This document shows positions 18,078 through 27,837 of a stretch of 54,600 nucleotides of DNA, one piece after another; positions within the stretch are counted from its first letter, which is position 1, and every line of letters begins with the position of its first letter. The notes under the pieces were generated by a model. It did not search any database, was not told the DNA's origin, and worked only from the letters and a program-made list of their open reading frames with translations. The translations under genes and the position numbers were made by a program. The DNA comes from a virus (lineage: Duplodnaviria; Caudoviricetes), in IMG/VR virus record IMGVR_UViG_3300012943_000038, positions 1 to 54,600 of that record; one strand, written 5' to 3'.

Positions 18078-19148
18078 TCAGGCCGAGACAGGTTGCGTTT
18101 GTGTCAATTCCTCAAGAGCGCCCACAAACAGATCGAGGTCAGTTTGAGTCTGCGCGCACTTGGATTCAGAGTTCGAGAGGGACGCAGCAGAAGCCGATTC
18201 GTAGCCCTCATTGAGCAGAGCACGGATGGCCGACTCCCACTCATTGAGGTGAGTTTCAGAGGGCTTGCCCCACTCGGCCATCCACGCCGGGTCGTTCCAG
18301 AAGTCGCTACGCTCACGGGGCAGGTGCTCCCCTGACCACGAGACGAACAATCCAGCGCTGCCGAGAGATTCCTTGAGTCCGGGCGTCACGTTGGCGAGGG
18401 TCGGAATGCCGGAACACCCTGCCTCGACCCCGACCAAACCGTAGGACTCGTAGATCGACGGCATCAGTAGGAGTCTGGTCTGGGCCCACACTGGCTTGAG
18501 GTCAGGAGCGTGCTTGACCATCGACAGGTTCGGGATTCGTGGGGGTGGCAGTTGCTTGCCGTGCCCGCCCTCAACCGCGATGAACTGGACGTCGTGCATC
18601 CGTTGGGCCAGTGCATAAAAGATCCTCCCACCCTTGTGCTCGTTCACGTTGATGAGCGTCACAGCATCGCCGGTCGCGCCGACCCGGTGCCGGGAACAGT
18701 CCAGCGGCGGGTGGACGATCATCGTCGCTGACCGCTGGTGAGGGAACCGCTCGGCCAGTGACTTCGACACCCACTCGGAGTTGTGCACCACGAGGTCCGG
18801 AGACTGGCGCAACGGGAGCCGGTTCACGTCCATGTCGTTGTGGGTGAGGTAGACCGTCTTGACTCCCCACTGACGGCCGTACCGCATCACGCTGGTCGCG
18901 TTCTGATGATGGGAGACCATCACGTCAGGCTTCCACCGTCGAGCCTGTTGCAGCGCGATCGTGATGTTGCGAACCGGGACCAGCCGGACGCCCTCGAAAT
19001 ACTGCTCGCGCGCTCCGGGGCAATCGGTCACCCAGCAGACGACTTCATGCCCAGCCTCGACCAGATGCTTGAGCATCAGGTGAAGGACGGTCTCAGAACC
19101 GGCGTTCCGCAGCGGAGTGGCGAAGTGGACGAGGGCTCCTACCTTCAT
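18078..19148 (-). CDS. Glycosyltransferase family 4 (GT-B)
   Basis: AGSE…L…AGHEV; HKGG; LLMPSIYESYGLVGVEA (EX7E) motif. Confidence 0.9.
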   Translation of the reverse strand: MKVGALVHFATPLRNAGSETVLHLMLKHLVEAGHEVVCWVTDCPGAREQYFEGVRLVPVRNITIALQQARRWKPDVMVSHHQNATSVMRYGRQWGVKTVYLTHNDMDVNRLPLRQSPDLVVHNSEWVSKSLAERFPHQRSATMIVHPPLDCSRHRVGATGDAVTLINVNEHKGGRIFYALAQRMHDVQFIAVEGGHGKQLPPPRIPNLSMVKHAPDLKPVWAQTRLLLMPSIYESYGLVGVEAGCSGIPTLANVTPGLKESLGSAGLFVSWSGEHLPRERSDFWNDPAWMAEWGKPSETHLNEWESAIRALLNEGYESASAASLSNSESKCAQTQTDLDLFVGALEELTQTQPVSA

Positions 19149-19711
19149 GGCAGCACCTCCAACTCGGGGCCTTCTTCACCGACGAGAGTCCGGACGACCT
19201 CCGGCCGCCGCCACCAGTAGCGACCGACCATGACTCCTTGGAACGACTCGCAACCGGGGAGCAGATCGCGCATCTCCTCGAACTCCCAGTGATAGAGGTG
19301 CGCCTCGTGCTCGTTGCCGAAGCAGGCGTCCTGTGGGGAATACACGATCGGCACCGAGACGTAGATCTCTTCGGCGTGGCGCTGGTGGAATTCCAGCAGC
19401 GCGACTGCCTGCTCTCGCTCCATGTGCTCAAGAACGTCACCGAACAGGATGACGTACGGGGCCGAGTGAATCGGCTCACGCCACGTTCGGATGTCAGCCC
19501 TGACCACATCGTCGTACTTGTCACGGAGCATGAACCGTTCGATGTAAGGCTCGTGGATCTCGACGCCGATCCACTTGGCATCGAGACGAGTGTGGCGCGC
19601 AAGGATCGCGTGCGTTCCTTCGCCCGCCCCGACGTCAACGATCACGTCAGCCGTGGTGTCCCTGATCCGGTCGTACACCCATCCCCGGCCGTCCATCGCA
19701 CTCGTCGGCAT
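19145..19711 (-). CDS. Class I SAM-dependent methyltransferase
   Basis: IVDVGAGEG, GVEI, FGDVLEH motifs. Confidence 0.88.
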   Translation of the reverse strand: MPTSAMDGRGWVYDRIRDTTADVIVDVGAGEGTHAILARHTRLDAKWIGVEIHEPYIERFMLRDKYDDVVRADIRTWREPIHSAPYVILFGDVLEHMEREQAVALLEFHQRHAEEIYVSVPIVYSPQDACFGNEHEAHLYHWEFEEMRDLLPGCESFQGVMVGRYWWRRPEVVRTLVGEEGPELEVLP

Positions 19712-19721
19712 GGACGAGAGC

Positions 19722-21680
19722 CTACTCCTCGTCGGGGACTTCGACTCCGTTGTCGATCTGGTTGGTAACGAGGAGTGCCAAGGCTCCTTCGATGCGCTTC
19801 AAGGACGACAGGAGATCGTCGGCCGAGAGGCTCTGGATCAGGGTTCCGAACAGATCCTCGACCTCCGGCTCGGCTTCCAGATCGTCAACCTCGACCGACT
19901 GAGTGGAGGCCATCTCCATCGCTTCGCCGACTGAGGCGACGACCGGCCATGCTGGGGTCGGGACGAGGTGAATGCCGACCGTGGTGCGCCCCCGGCCCGA
20001 CGGCCAGAGTTCGACCGAAGGAGCACACGCAAGAGCCCGCATCAGGTCACTCGGAGTCACGTCCGGCGGAACGACGCCCGAAACGGCGAGACCGTGGACG
20101 TCCTCCCAAGCATGCACCATCGCCAGCGTGTTGCGAGAGTCCTCGCGATGCCGGTTCAGTTCCCGGATGCCCACCCCCTGACGGGACAACTTGGCATCGA
20201 CGTGCAGGCCGCCCATCGTCAGTGCGCCGACACGGATCGACTTGCCATTGTCGAGGGTGATCGGGGCCCCGGTGTGGAACTCGCGCAGCATCGGGTCGAC
20301 GTCGCCGGGGAACTGGAAGCACGCGCCCATGTCGGAGCGGTGGCAGACGCCCTTCGGCGCAGCGTGGCCCCAGATCCGGCGCAGGCCGAAGGCGTCCGGC
20401 GCATCGACGTGCAGCGGCATCGGCTTGGCCGACTTGAACTCATCGAAGTACCGAGCAGGCATCGTGGTGAACCCTGCGGCGGCCGTGACCGCCTCCACCT
20501 CGTCCTCGGTGACGACGGTGCCGGGCTCCCACCCGTCCATGCGCTCCAACTTGTCGATGTAGCCGATGACCGGGGGCTGCGTACCCCCCGGACCTTCATG
20601 ACCCATCGTGATCGGGATGGGGAGCAGGTTGTCATCCCAAGTCAGCGTGCCGTACGGCAGCCGCCGAATGTCGCCGGTCCACTTGCCCTCGAAGGCGACC
20701 GGGCCGGAGACCGTGCCGTCATCGTTGGCCGTGAGCCGCGAATTGGAGAACGCCGCCGTGTCGACGACCGCCACGTGACGCGGCCGTGCGCTGACTTCGG
20801 ACATCAGGGCTTCGAGTTCCTCGAACCGCTCCTCGTCTTGGAGCGCCTGAATCGTCTCGGGATCCGGCATGTCGTCCGGATTCATGTCGTGCTTGATCGA
20901 GACGCCGACCGCTCCTTCGAGGAGGAGTTCGCGGGCTCGGTTGACGAGGGCCTGCGTCTCGGGATCCTCGGACTCGGACAGACGCCCGTAGCCGAAGATC
21001 GCGGCCGACTCAGCCGGGGCCTCGTCGCCGTCGATCAGAGAAGCCTCAAGATCATGTTCGTCATCATGTTCATGCTGGCACTCCGAGCACTCGATCTCCA
21101 TGTCGTCGTCTTCGGTCTCGTCGTCCGGCTTCTCGGCCACCGGGCAGTCACCGAACTCGTCGTGAACCTTCTTGACGGCGGCGTACAGCGAGCACACCTT
21201 CTTCTCGACGCCTGCGCGATCCTCATCCGGGAGATCGACTCCGCCCCGGCCTCCGGCCAACGCCCCGGCCGCCGCGATGACTCCGGCGGGGATGATGGTC
21301 AGCGCACCGTCTACCACGTCAGCGAACGGCAACTTGTAGGCCGCCTTGGTGGCCGGGTCGGCCTCCGTATCGACGAACAAGAACGCCTTGGAGATCCCGG
21401 CCGTGTCCACCTTGTCGTCCTCGCCAGTGAACATCTCGAAGATGCGGTCGGTTGCTCCTGCGCCGTCCCACTTGGTCGACAGGTCACCGACGGGGAGCGA
21501 GGCATCGCCCGTCACCTCAAGGGTTTCCTCGGCGGTTGCGTAGGCTTCGAGCGCCTCGCGCAGGACCTCGGAGACCTTCTCGTCGCGCTCGGCCGCACGG
21601 CTCATGGCGGTCTGCCAGAGTTCGTCCGGCACGCGGAGGGAGCGGATCGTCATGGACGGCGTATCGACAGGCTTCGGCAT
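19722..21680 (-). CDS. Capsid maturation protease-like protein with N-terminal ribbon-helix-helix domain
   Basis: N-terminal IRSLRVPDELWQTA…VSEVLREALEAY; WDG…YKLPFADVVDG domain; C-terminal WGHAA…CH…FHTG…VGALT…WED; lies between portal and MCP. Confidence 0.7.
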   Translation of the reverse strand: MPKPVDTPSMTIRSLRVPDELWQTAMSRAAERDEKVSEVLREALEAYATAEETLEVTGDASLPVGDLSTKWDGAGATDRIFEMFTGEDDKVDTAGISKAFLFVDTEADPATKAAYKLPFADVVDGALTIIPAGVIAAAGALAGGRGGVDLPDEDRAGVEKKVCSLYAAVKKVHDEFGDCPVAEKPDDETEDDDMEIECSECQHEHDDEHDLEASLIDGDEAPAESAAIFGYGRLSESEDPETQALVNRARELLLEGAVGVSIKHDMNPDDMPDPETIQALQDEERFEELEALMSEVSARPRHVAVVDTAAFSNSRLTANDDGTVSGPVAFEGKWTGDIRRLPYGTLTWDDNLLPIPITMGHEGPGGTQPPVIGYIDKLERMDGWEPGTVVTEDEVEAVTAAAGFTTMPARYFDEFKSAKPMPLHVDAPDAFGLRRIWGHAAPKGVCHRSDMGACFQFPGDVDPMLREFHTGAPITLDNGKSIRVGALTMGGLHVDAKLSRQGVGIRELNRHREDSRNTLAMVHAWEDVHGLAVSGVVPPDVTPSDLMRALACAPSVELWPSGRGRTTVGIHLVPTPAWPVVASVGEAMEMASTQSVEVDDLEAEPEVEDLFGTLIQSLSADDLLSSLKRIEGALALLVTNQIDNGVEVPDEE

Positions 21681-21727
21681 GTGCCGCAGCGTATACACGC
21701 TAGAGCCGATCGCGCAAGATCTCCTGC

Positions 21728-22330
21728 TTAGAGTTTGACCCAGACGCTCGGAGTCTCGTCGCCGACAGGAGCAAGGCCAGCAGCCTCGGCCACAGCCAAC
21801 CGCTGCTTCGGCTCCCACGTCGTCACGTCGATCCAGTCGCGACGCTCGTGCGGTCGAGCACGGTCGGCCAGCGGCCAGTCGGCGACCAGATGGCCGCCCT
21901 TCTTGAGCACTGAGGCGAACGCCTTCACGAGAGCCTCGACGCCTTCATAGTCGTGATGGATGAGAACAGCGCGGCAGACGATTCCGTCGACCTTGCCCTT
22001 CACCTTCTTCGATAGGTCACGGCCGTCGGACTTCACCGTGGTGAGTTCGACGTCCATCTTCTTCGCCCGCTTGCGAACACGATCGAGCATGGCCGGAGAC
22101 GAATCCACCGCCACCACCTCGAAGTCCATCCCAGCCAGCGGGATCGCCAATCTGCCATCGCCGCAGCCGAAGTCCATCACCTTCGAGCCCTTGTCGAACC
22201 ACGACGCCGCGAAGTGAGCCTGCACCTGTCCGGACTTCCAGTAGGCGTCCTCGCTGACGGTGCGGAGGGGATGTATGTGCTGGACGTCGGCCTGCTGCCA
22301 TGCTTCCACCACGTCGTCGAACTTGGTCAT
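21728..22330 (-). CDS. Class I SAM-dependent methyltransferase
   Basis: VMDFGCGDGR, AVDSSPAML, VLIH, LKKGG motifs. Confidence 0.9.
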   Translation of the reverse strand: MTKFDDVVEAWQQADVQHIHPLRTVSEDAYWKSGQVQAHFAASWFDKGSKVMDFGCGDGRLAIPLAGMDFEVVAVDSSPAMLDRVRKRAKKMDVELTTVKSDGRDLSKKVKGKVDGIVCRAVLIHHDYEGVEALVKAFASVLKKGGHLVADWPLADRARPHERRDWIDVTTWEPKQRLAVAEAAGLAPVGDETPSVWVKL

Positions 22331-22602
22331 CCTGTCACCTTCGGTTTGGTGAATCGGCCCCGCTCGTCGCGGAGAACGAATTGCAACTGACACTGACAGT
22401 ACCGAGCATTGATGTCGGTGTCTGGATGATGGTGGTCCGGGAAGGCGAACTCGTTCGGTGCTCGGGTCTTGTTCAACTTCCGGTGGTCCTCAAAGACCCC
22501 TCCTTGGAGACCTGCGTGCCAGCGCCAGACGACGGCCGTCACCCGAACCCCTCGCGAGGCGAGGAAGTCCTCGACGAACTTTCCTTGGGCGAAGGCCTTC
22601 AC
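22327..22602 (-). CDS. Short MuF-like (C-terminal part) protein
   Basis: WRW…FEDHRKLN…FP…CQC pattern; GTGA overlap with the portal stop. Confidence 0.5.
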   Translation of the reverse strand: MKAFAQGKFVEDFLASRGVRVTAVVWRWHAGLQGGVFEDHRKLNKTRAPNEFAFPDHHHPDTDINARYCQCQLQFVLRDERGRFTKPKVTG

Positions 22603-24416
22603 TCCGGGCTCTCTCCACCGGCCACGGCCATCACCTGACGCCGGTCGTCTGTCGGGAGCGGGAGCGACGCTGGCGCTTCCAGCGTGTTCATCACATGCGC
22701 GACGGTGAGATCACGAAGCGTGTCGACCGACCCCTTGAGGAAGGACTCGTCGAGTTCCTGCATTACCTCAATGTCGAGGATTCGGGCCAACTGCTGACGG
22801 GCATCGTGGATTCGATGACCCCACCATGAGGTCAACGGTTCAAGAGCGTTCTGCACGATCGTCTCGACAGGAATCCCAGCCTCCTCCAAAGTCTTGACCG
22901 TCAGTTCGACGGCCACCTCGGAGTTCGGGACTTCCTTGTCGATCGCGTTCCGCAACTGTGTGTAGGTACGCGCCCGAGCACCAACACGATCTCGCGCCCG
23001 GTCAACAGCCTGTTGCGTCGCACCTCCCAGTTCAAGGAGGAGTGCTTGATCCAGTTCATAGAGATCTTGCGAGAGATCGCTGAGTTCCTCCGAGGTGAGC
23101 CCCTCGCCCTGAGGGCCTCCTACCGAAGCGGTGATCGGCTCCTGTGCAGCGATGTTCGCCGGGTCGCGACCAGCCGGAGACCTGAGTCCGGACTTGACGG
23201 CGGCCAGCAGCGCAAGGTCGTCCTCGGTCGCGGCCTCGGTCTCGGGGATGTCGAGGATCTGCCGGAAGAACTTGTACGAGGTCGCTCCGTGCTCCAAGGC
23301 GTACTTGACGTCCTCGATCGAGTGGCGGCGAGCCAGAAGTTCAGTCGGGTCGGGCTCGACGGCGATCTCAAGATCGGGAAGCAACAGGCTCAAGGCCTCG
23401 ACCGCGACATTCGCGACGAGTTGCGCCGGGGGCTCGATGTGCGCCCGGTACGAATTCTCCTCGACTTGGAAAGCCGTGGCCCGCGACTGGATCTGCAACC
23501 CGGTCAGGATCTCCGGCGGGATCGGAAGGCCGTACGCAAGACGCTGGATGTTCTTGTTGATGCGAGCGTCGAGGCGCTCGTCGTAAGGGAACTCAGGGAT
23601 CACCCACGAGAATCCCCTCATACCCCCGACAACTGGCTCGACGAGGGACTCGGCTCCTCGGATGACGAACGGCGAGAGATCGGTGGGGTCCCTCATCGGC
23701 TCGGAGAAGCCCTTCTTGAGTTCATTCCAGAAGTCGCCGCCGTTCGCCATGCTCAGACCATCGGCAGCACCGAGGAACCCGCGCATCCCGACGCGGCTGG
23801 CCGACTGCCAGCGGGACAACTTGGACAGCCAGAGCAGATCGTCGAGCACCGACAGGACGCCGAACAGTGGTGCGTCCGGCATTTCCGGATCAGCCGGGTG
23901 AGGCCACAGGATCGGAACCCTGTGAGACGCCTTGGTGAGGACCGCCTTGCGATCTCGTCGAACGACCGAGACGACCGTCCAGACGTACTCGTCCTGCTTG
24001 TCCTTGGCCTTCGACTTGTTCGGCTTCTTGGTGGCGACGTAATCGCCCTTGCCCGCGACGAACAGGTTGGTGCCGATCTGACGAACTGAATCCTTGCCCC
24101 AGCCGATCAGGGAGAGCACCTTGTCGGAGGCCCCTCGCAAATCCTGCGAGGAGTCGACGGTCTCTCCATTGGGGAGTTTGACCTTCCACTGAGTCGAGCC
24201 GCCGATGACGACGTTCCATTGGAGACGACTGAGTTGGTCGCTCATCCAGCCAACGATGTAGCGAACCTCCCCGACGGCTTCGGTCGGCAGCGCGTCCTTG
24301 TTGCTCTTGCTAGTCGCTCCCGGAGTGAACGGCAGCCCGTAGTAGGACCACGCCTTGACCTGTTCGGGAAGCGGGGAGTCGCCGGGAGTCTCCTCAGCCA
24401 GAGTTCCTGTCGCCAT
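22599..24416 (-). CDS. Portal protein with C-terminal extension
   Basis: VGEVRY, LWPHP…PDAP, IQRLAYGLPIPPEILTG, HIEP motifs; follows terminase. Confidence 0.85.
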   Translation of the reverse strand: MATGTLAEETPGDSPLPEQVKAWSYYGLPFTPGATSKSNKDALPTEAVGEVRYIVGWMSDQLSRLQWNVVIGGSTQWKVKLPNGETVDSSQDLRGASDKVLSLIGWGKDSVRQIGTNLFVAGKGDYVATKKPNKSKAKDKQDEYVWTVVSVVRRDRKAVLTKASHRVPILWPHPADPEMPDAPLFGVLSVLDDLLWLSKLSRWQSASRVGMRGFLGAADGLSMANGGDFWNELKKGFSEPMRDPTDLSPFVIRGAESLVEPVVGGMRGFSWVIPEFPYDERLDARINKNIQRLAYGLPIPPEILTGLQIQSRATAFQVEENSYRAHIEPPAQLVANVAVEALSLLLPDLEIAVEPDPTELLARRHSIEDVKYALEHGATSYKFFRQILDIPETEAATEDDLALLAAVKSGLRSPAGRDPANIAAQEPITASVGGPQGEGLTSEELSDLSQDLYELDQALLLELGGATQQAVDRARDRVGARARTYTQLRNAIDKEVPNSEVAVELTVKTLEEAGIPVETIVQNALEPLTSWWGHRIHDARQQLARILDIEVMQELDESFLKGSVDTLRDLTVAHVMNTLEAPASLPLPTDDRRQVMAVAGGESPE

Positions 24417-24419
24417 TGG

Positions 24420-24731
24420 TCAGACCCACCGGCTTTCAAGTTGAGCGGCCTTGATTTGGCACTTCGCCAACTGGTACTGGCACGAGGAGCCGCGCTTGCG
24501 CCACGAGAGGACTTGCCCGTCCGGGAGAACGCCTTGGCCCCTGAACTTGTTGCGACTGCGAAGACTGTCGGCTGTCGCGACGAACTTGAGGACCGGGGCC
24601 TGCTGGCCGACCACGAACACCGCCGCGTTGCCGTCGCTGTCGATTAGCAAACGAGTCTGGGGGAGGTTTCCGGTGGGGCTGAGAATCGACGCTACTTCGT
24701 CGACAACAATCTGACGTGTCACTGGGGGCAT
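24420..24731 (-). CDS. Hypothetical protein
   Basis: AAGGA RBS; fills the TerL-portal gap. Confidence 0.6.
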   Translation of the reverse strand: MPPVTRQIVVDEVASILSPTGNLPQTRLLIDSDGNAAVFVVGQQAPVLKFVATADSLRSRNKFRGQGVLPDGQVLSWRKRGSSCQYQLAKCQIKAAQLESRWV

Positions 24732-24735
24732 CCTT

Positions 24736-26292
24736 TCAGAACGCTCCGCGCCGCAAAGCGGATAGGCTTCTCGCAGATGATATGGCACGCACGCTCTCTG
24801 GCGCATAAATCGTCGCGGTCGAGGGCTCGCGGAACCTCTTGAGGGCTTGTGTCAGGGCGTCCACCTGATCGTCGTGGGTGCCGCCAGTCGGGAACGCCTG
24901 CAACTCCATGATGAGGTCGTCGGCCCACTTGACCTTGCTCGGCAGCCAGACCTGACCGGCTTCAACCATCGGGGAGACCGCCTGTGCACGGATCTCCTTG
25001 GAGCCCTTCGGCGGGATCGGAATGATGCCGGGGATCTCTTGGACGAGGGTGTCGATCGCGGCGAAACCGTCGGCCGCCTTCTCGATCAGGTGCGCGGTCG
25101 CGTGCGGGTAGCGTTCGGCCAACTCTCGGATCTGGCGCAGTTGCTCGGTGAACTGCCAGCGGCCCCGGACCTGATCTATCAGGTACGCCTGCCCCTCGTG
25201 ATACTGCCAGACCTGACCGACAACAAAGTCTCCGGTCTGCGCGTTGCCGGTGCCGAAGGTCAAGTCCCATGAGGTGATCCATGTTCCCTCGGTGTTCGGT
25301 GGCAACTCGTGGGGCTCGTACCACTTGAACCAGTCGGCTTGGAAGGTCGCGCCGCCGGGCGGAGCCGGGTTCTGCTGGTAGGAGGCGTCGAATACATAGG
25401 AGCCCACGCGCTCGCGGATCTTGTTCCAGCGTTCGAGCGCCGACTCCTTGGTCTCGACGCGCTGTGGGGAGAGCATCGGCTCTCCGATCTCGCGGCCGAG
25501 AGGGTCGTTGGCTTCGGCGATGGCCGGGATCTTGGTGACCTGCCAGTCGTCGGTCTCGTCCTCGATCACGCGCCCGGCCAGATCGTCGCCGTGCCAACGT
25601 GTCTGGATAAGAAGGACGAGGTGAACCGGGTGGAGGCGCTGGCTCAGGACGCCGACCCATCGCTCCCAGAGCAGGTTACGGGCGACCGACGACAAAGCCT
25701 CGGCGAAGTCCTTGATCGGGTCGTCGATGATGAGGACGTTGAGACGGCGGCCGACGATCGTTGCACCGACGCCACGGGCGATGAGAGATCCGCCCTCGGT
25801 GGTCTCCCACTCGGTCAGGGCTGTGGAGTCCGAGGCCAACTTGACCGGCACCTGATCGGCGATGACTGCGCGCCGAATGTCTCGCGACCACTTGTTCGCG
25901 AGAGACTGCTCGGCCGAGACGATGCCGACGTTCCAATCGGGGTGTGCCGACAGTAGGTGCAACGGAGTCGCCACCGATCCGATCGTCGACTTGCCGGAGC
26001 CGGGCGGCATAGAGATCACGCGCCGGACGGAGTGCCCCGCCTCGACTCGGGCGATGTCATCGGCCAACGTCGTCGAGAGGTACTCGGAGTGGTCTCGCTC
26101 CTGCCAGTTGTCCCCGGCGATGGCTCGGCCGATCTCGGCGATCGAGGGGATCTCCATGTCGGCCTTCGGGGTGATCGACTCGATGATCGCGTTGAGCATC
26201 TCCGGGTTGTCCGGCAGCCCCTTGACCAACTCGATGATCTCCTCCGTGGTCATGCCTTGGAGAAGTTCAGGGTCGATCAGCGGCTCAGTCAC
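24736..26292 (-). CDS. terL: Terminase large subunit
   Basis: Walker A MPPGSGKS, Walker B LIIDDPIKD, QTRWHGDD, nuclease SWD…DF…HDDQVDA. Confidence 0.96.
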   Translation of the reverse strand: MTEPLIDPELLQGMTTEEIIELVKGLPDNPEMLNAIIESITPKADMEIPSIAEIGRAIAGDNWQERDHSEYLSTTLADDIARVEAGHSVRRVISMPPGSGKSTIGSVATPLHLLSAHPDWNVGIVSAEQSLANKWSRDIRRAVIADQVPVKLASDSTALTEWETTEGGSLIARGVGATIVGRRLNVLIIDDPIKDFAEALSSVARNLLWERWVGVLSQRLHPVHLVLLIQTRWHGDDLAGRVIEDETDDWQVTKIPAIAEANDPLGREIGEPMLSPQRVETKESALERWNKIRERVGSYVFDASYQQNPAPPGGATFQADWFKWYEPHELPPNTEGTWITSWDLTFGTGNAQTGDFVVGQVWQYHEGQAYLIDQVRGRWQFTEQLRQIRELAERYPHATAHLIEKAADGFAAIDTLVQEIPGIIPIPPKGSKEIRAQAVSPMVEAGQVWLPSKVKWADDLIMELQAFPTGGTHDDQVDALTQALKRFREPSTATIYAPESVRAISSARSLSALRRGAF

Positions 26293-26587
26293 GCGAGGCC
26301 GAAATGTGCGCGACGAGGTAGTTCAGCGCGAACGGAGCGATGGCCCAGCGCCACAAATCTGAGGCGTCGCCCGGACCCCCGGCCACGGCCAGAGAAGCAG
26401 TCGTGGCGACCCCGGCCCAGAAACCGATGCAGAACGGACAGTTCAGGAGTTCGTCCATCAACTCGTTGGTCTGGAAGTGCTCGCGCATCGGATCGGTAAT
26501 CGAGTCCGAGGTGAACAGGCGGGTGAGCCGCAGGGTGCCGAGCACCAACAGCATCACGTCCAGCAAGAAGCACAGATAGAAGTGCAC
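26285..26587 (-). CDS. DUF1360-like membrane protein
   Basis: RLTRLFTSDSITDPMR…LLNCPFCIGFW signature. Confidence 0.75.
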   Translation of the reverse strand: MHFYLCFLLDVMLLVLGTLRLTRLFTSDSITDPMREHFQTNELMDELLNCPFCIGFWAGVATTASLAVAGGPGDASDLWRWAIAPFALNYLVAHISASRD

Positions 26588-27165
26588 TAGTCCTCCACGA
26601 TGTCGGCGTCGATGACACTCTCGACTGCCCGAGGAGAGGGGGCAGTCGCAGCCATCGCCATCTCATTCTGGCGTTCGATGAGACGCTGAATCAGGATGTC
26701 CTTGGCCGAAGCGGCATCATCCATCCAGCCGATGTGTCGGCCCATGCCCGCTCGGTCGAGGATCGAGTCGGCGGCCTTGATCCGGTCGGAGTTGCGCGCC
26801 GTGTCGTCGGCCATGATCTTCGTCAAGACCGAGATCGCCGGGTCGACCAGTGCGGCGAGACGCACGTTCGCGGCCGCCCGCGTGTTGACGTTCGGGTTGG
26901 TCAGCGCAGCGTCGTGACTCGTGCAGACAGCCGAGCCCTTGGTAGCCGGGCGCTTGCAGCGATCGCCGTCCTTCTTGATGCCCATGCATCGGGGAACTTG
27001 ACGATCACCTTGCGTCGTCTTGCCGCCGCCGATCGAGATCGTCACTCCGTCGTGCGGTTGATTCGCCACGCGGCCAGAGACATCGGCTCGGGACCCGATC
27101 TGTCGACGGTCAGGATGGATCGCATCCTGAACCACGCGCAGATGAGAGATCCCGGCCTCCGTCAT
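26587..27165 (-). CDS. Terminase small subunit (putative)
   Basis: C…KKDGDRCKRPA…VCTSH zinc motif; RIKAADSILDRAG; upstream of TerL. Confidence 0.7.
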   Translation of the reverse strand: MTEAGISHLRVVQDAIHPDRRQIGSRADVSGRVANQPHDGVTISIGGGKTTQGDRQVPRCMGIKKDGDRCKRPATKGSAVCTSHDAALTNPNVNTRAAANVRLAALVDPAISVLTKIMADDTARNSDRIKAADSILDRAGMGRHIGWMDDAASAKDILIQRLIERQNEMAMAATAPSPRAVESVIDADIVED

Positions 27166-27171
27166 GGCTGC

Positions 27172-27186
27172 ATCGTAGCGCGGCTA
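27172..27186 (-). promoter_or_regulatory. TAGC-N3-GCTA element plus -10 (TACGAT), leaderless promoter of terS
   Basis: Palindrome overlaps the -10; ATG 6 nt downstream. Confidence 0.6.
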
Positions 27187-27405
27187 TGAATCTGCGGGGA
27201 GCCTCTCGTGGGGATTCGTCAGCGTGCCCTCGTGTGTGATCGCAATTCGGTAGAGGACTCCGTTGGCAAGTCGAACGTGAATCAGGTCGACTCCGGGGTC
27301 GGAACGGTCGATCCTCAGCGGGTCCAGACGCTCCTCCGCGAGGAGGATGTCAGCGTGCTTGACGAGGGCCTCGGCAACGGCCTTGGTGAAGTAGCGGGTG
27401 GTCAT
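27184..27405 (-). CDS. Hypothetical protein
   Basis: ORF with RBS in a co-oriented run. Confidence 0.6.
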   Translation of the reverse strand: MTTRYFTKAVAEALVKHADILLAEERLDPLRIDRSDPGVDLIHVRLANGVLYRIAITHEGTLTNPHERLPADS

Positions 27406-27570
27406 CAGAGTCCTGTCGTCATTCGGTTGGGAGAAGAATCTCGGGGAGCAGCGCGAGTCTTAGAGGAGAGAAAGGAGGCCCCTCTCGTCGGCTTGGCATC
27501 GTCCGGCACCTGCGGCACTCGTCGGGACTGTCCATGATCCCTGTCCTGCTTTGACTCCCCGAGATTTGGT

Positions 27571-27837
27571 CTAGGTCGTTTCCTCTTGCTGCTTCATTCT
27601 GTACTCCTTCACTCGGCCAGCCCACCCCACAGGGTCCGTCATGGCGGAGCGGAGAGCGGCATCCCATCCTGTCGAGTATCCGATCCGGTATCCGCCCCAC
27701 GCCAAGTTGTCGCGGGCTCCGTGAAGGTAGACTGCCCAATTCCCAGATCGAGTCACACACCACTCGCCCCGAGGCGCTTTGCAGAAGGGGCAATCGACTT
27801 GGAGAGCCAGTTCGTGCATCTGCTCAAAGACGGTCAT
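27571..27837 (-). CDS. Zinc-finger protein
   Basis: CPFCKAPRGEWC…HGAR motif. Confidence 0.65.
   Translation of the reverse strand: MTVFEQMHELALQVDCPFCKAPRGEWCVTRSGNWAVYLHGARDNLAWGGYRIGYSTGWDAALRSAMTDPVGWAGRVKEYRMKQQEETT

Noticed and set aside
16531-21731. Long antisense ORFs (e.g. 16531-18051, 19968-21731; also 41247-42863)
   Set aside because: They mirror real genes; high-GC codon bias suppresses antisense stops, and they show no motifs or RBS.
19145-22330. Methyltransferases as DNA (anti-restriction) methylases
   Set aside because: They lack DNA-MTase catalytic motifs and sit in the head operon.
27419-27535. Possible 38-aa ORF (MDSPDECRRC…)
   Set aside because: Short, with no recognisable motif; I cannot support it.
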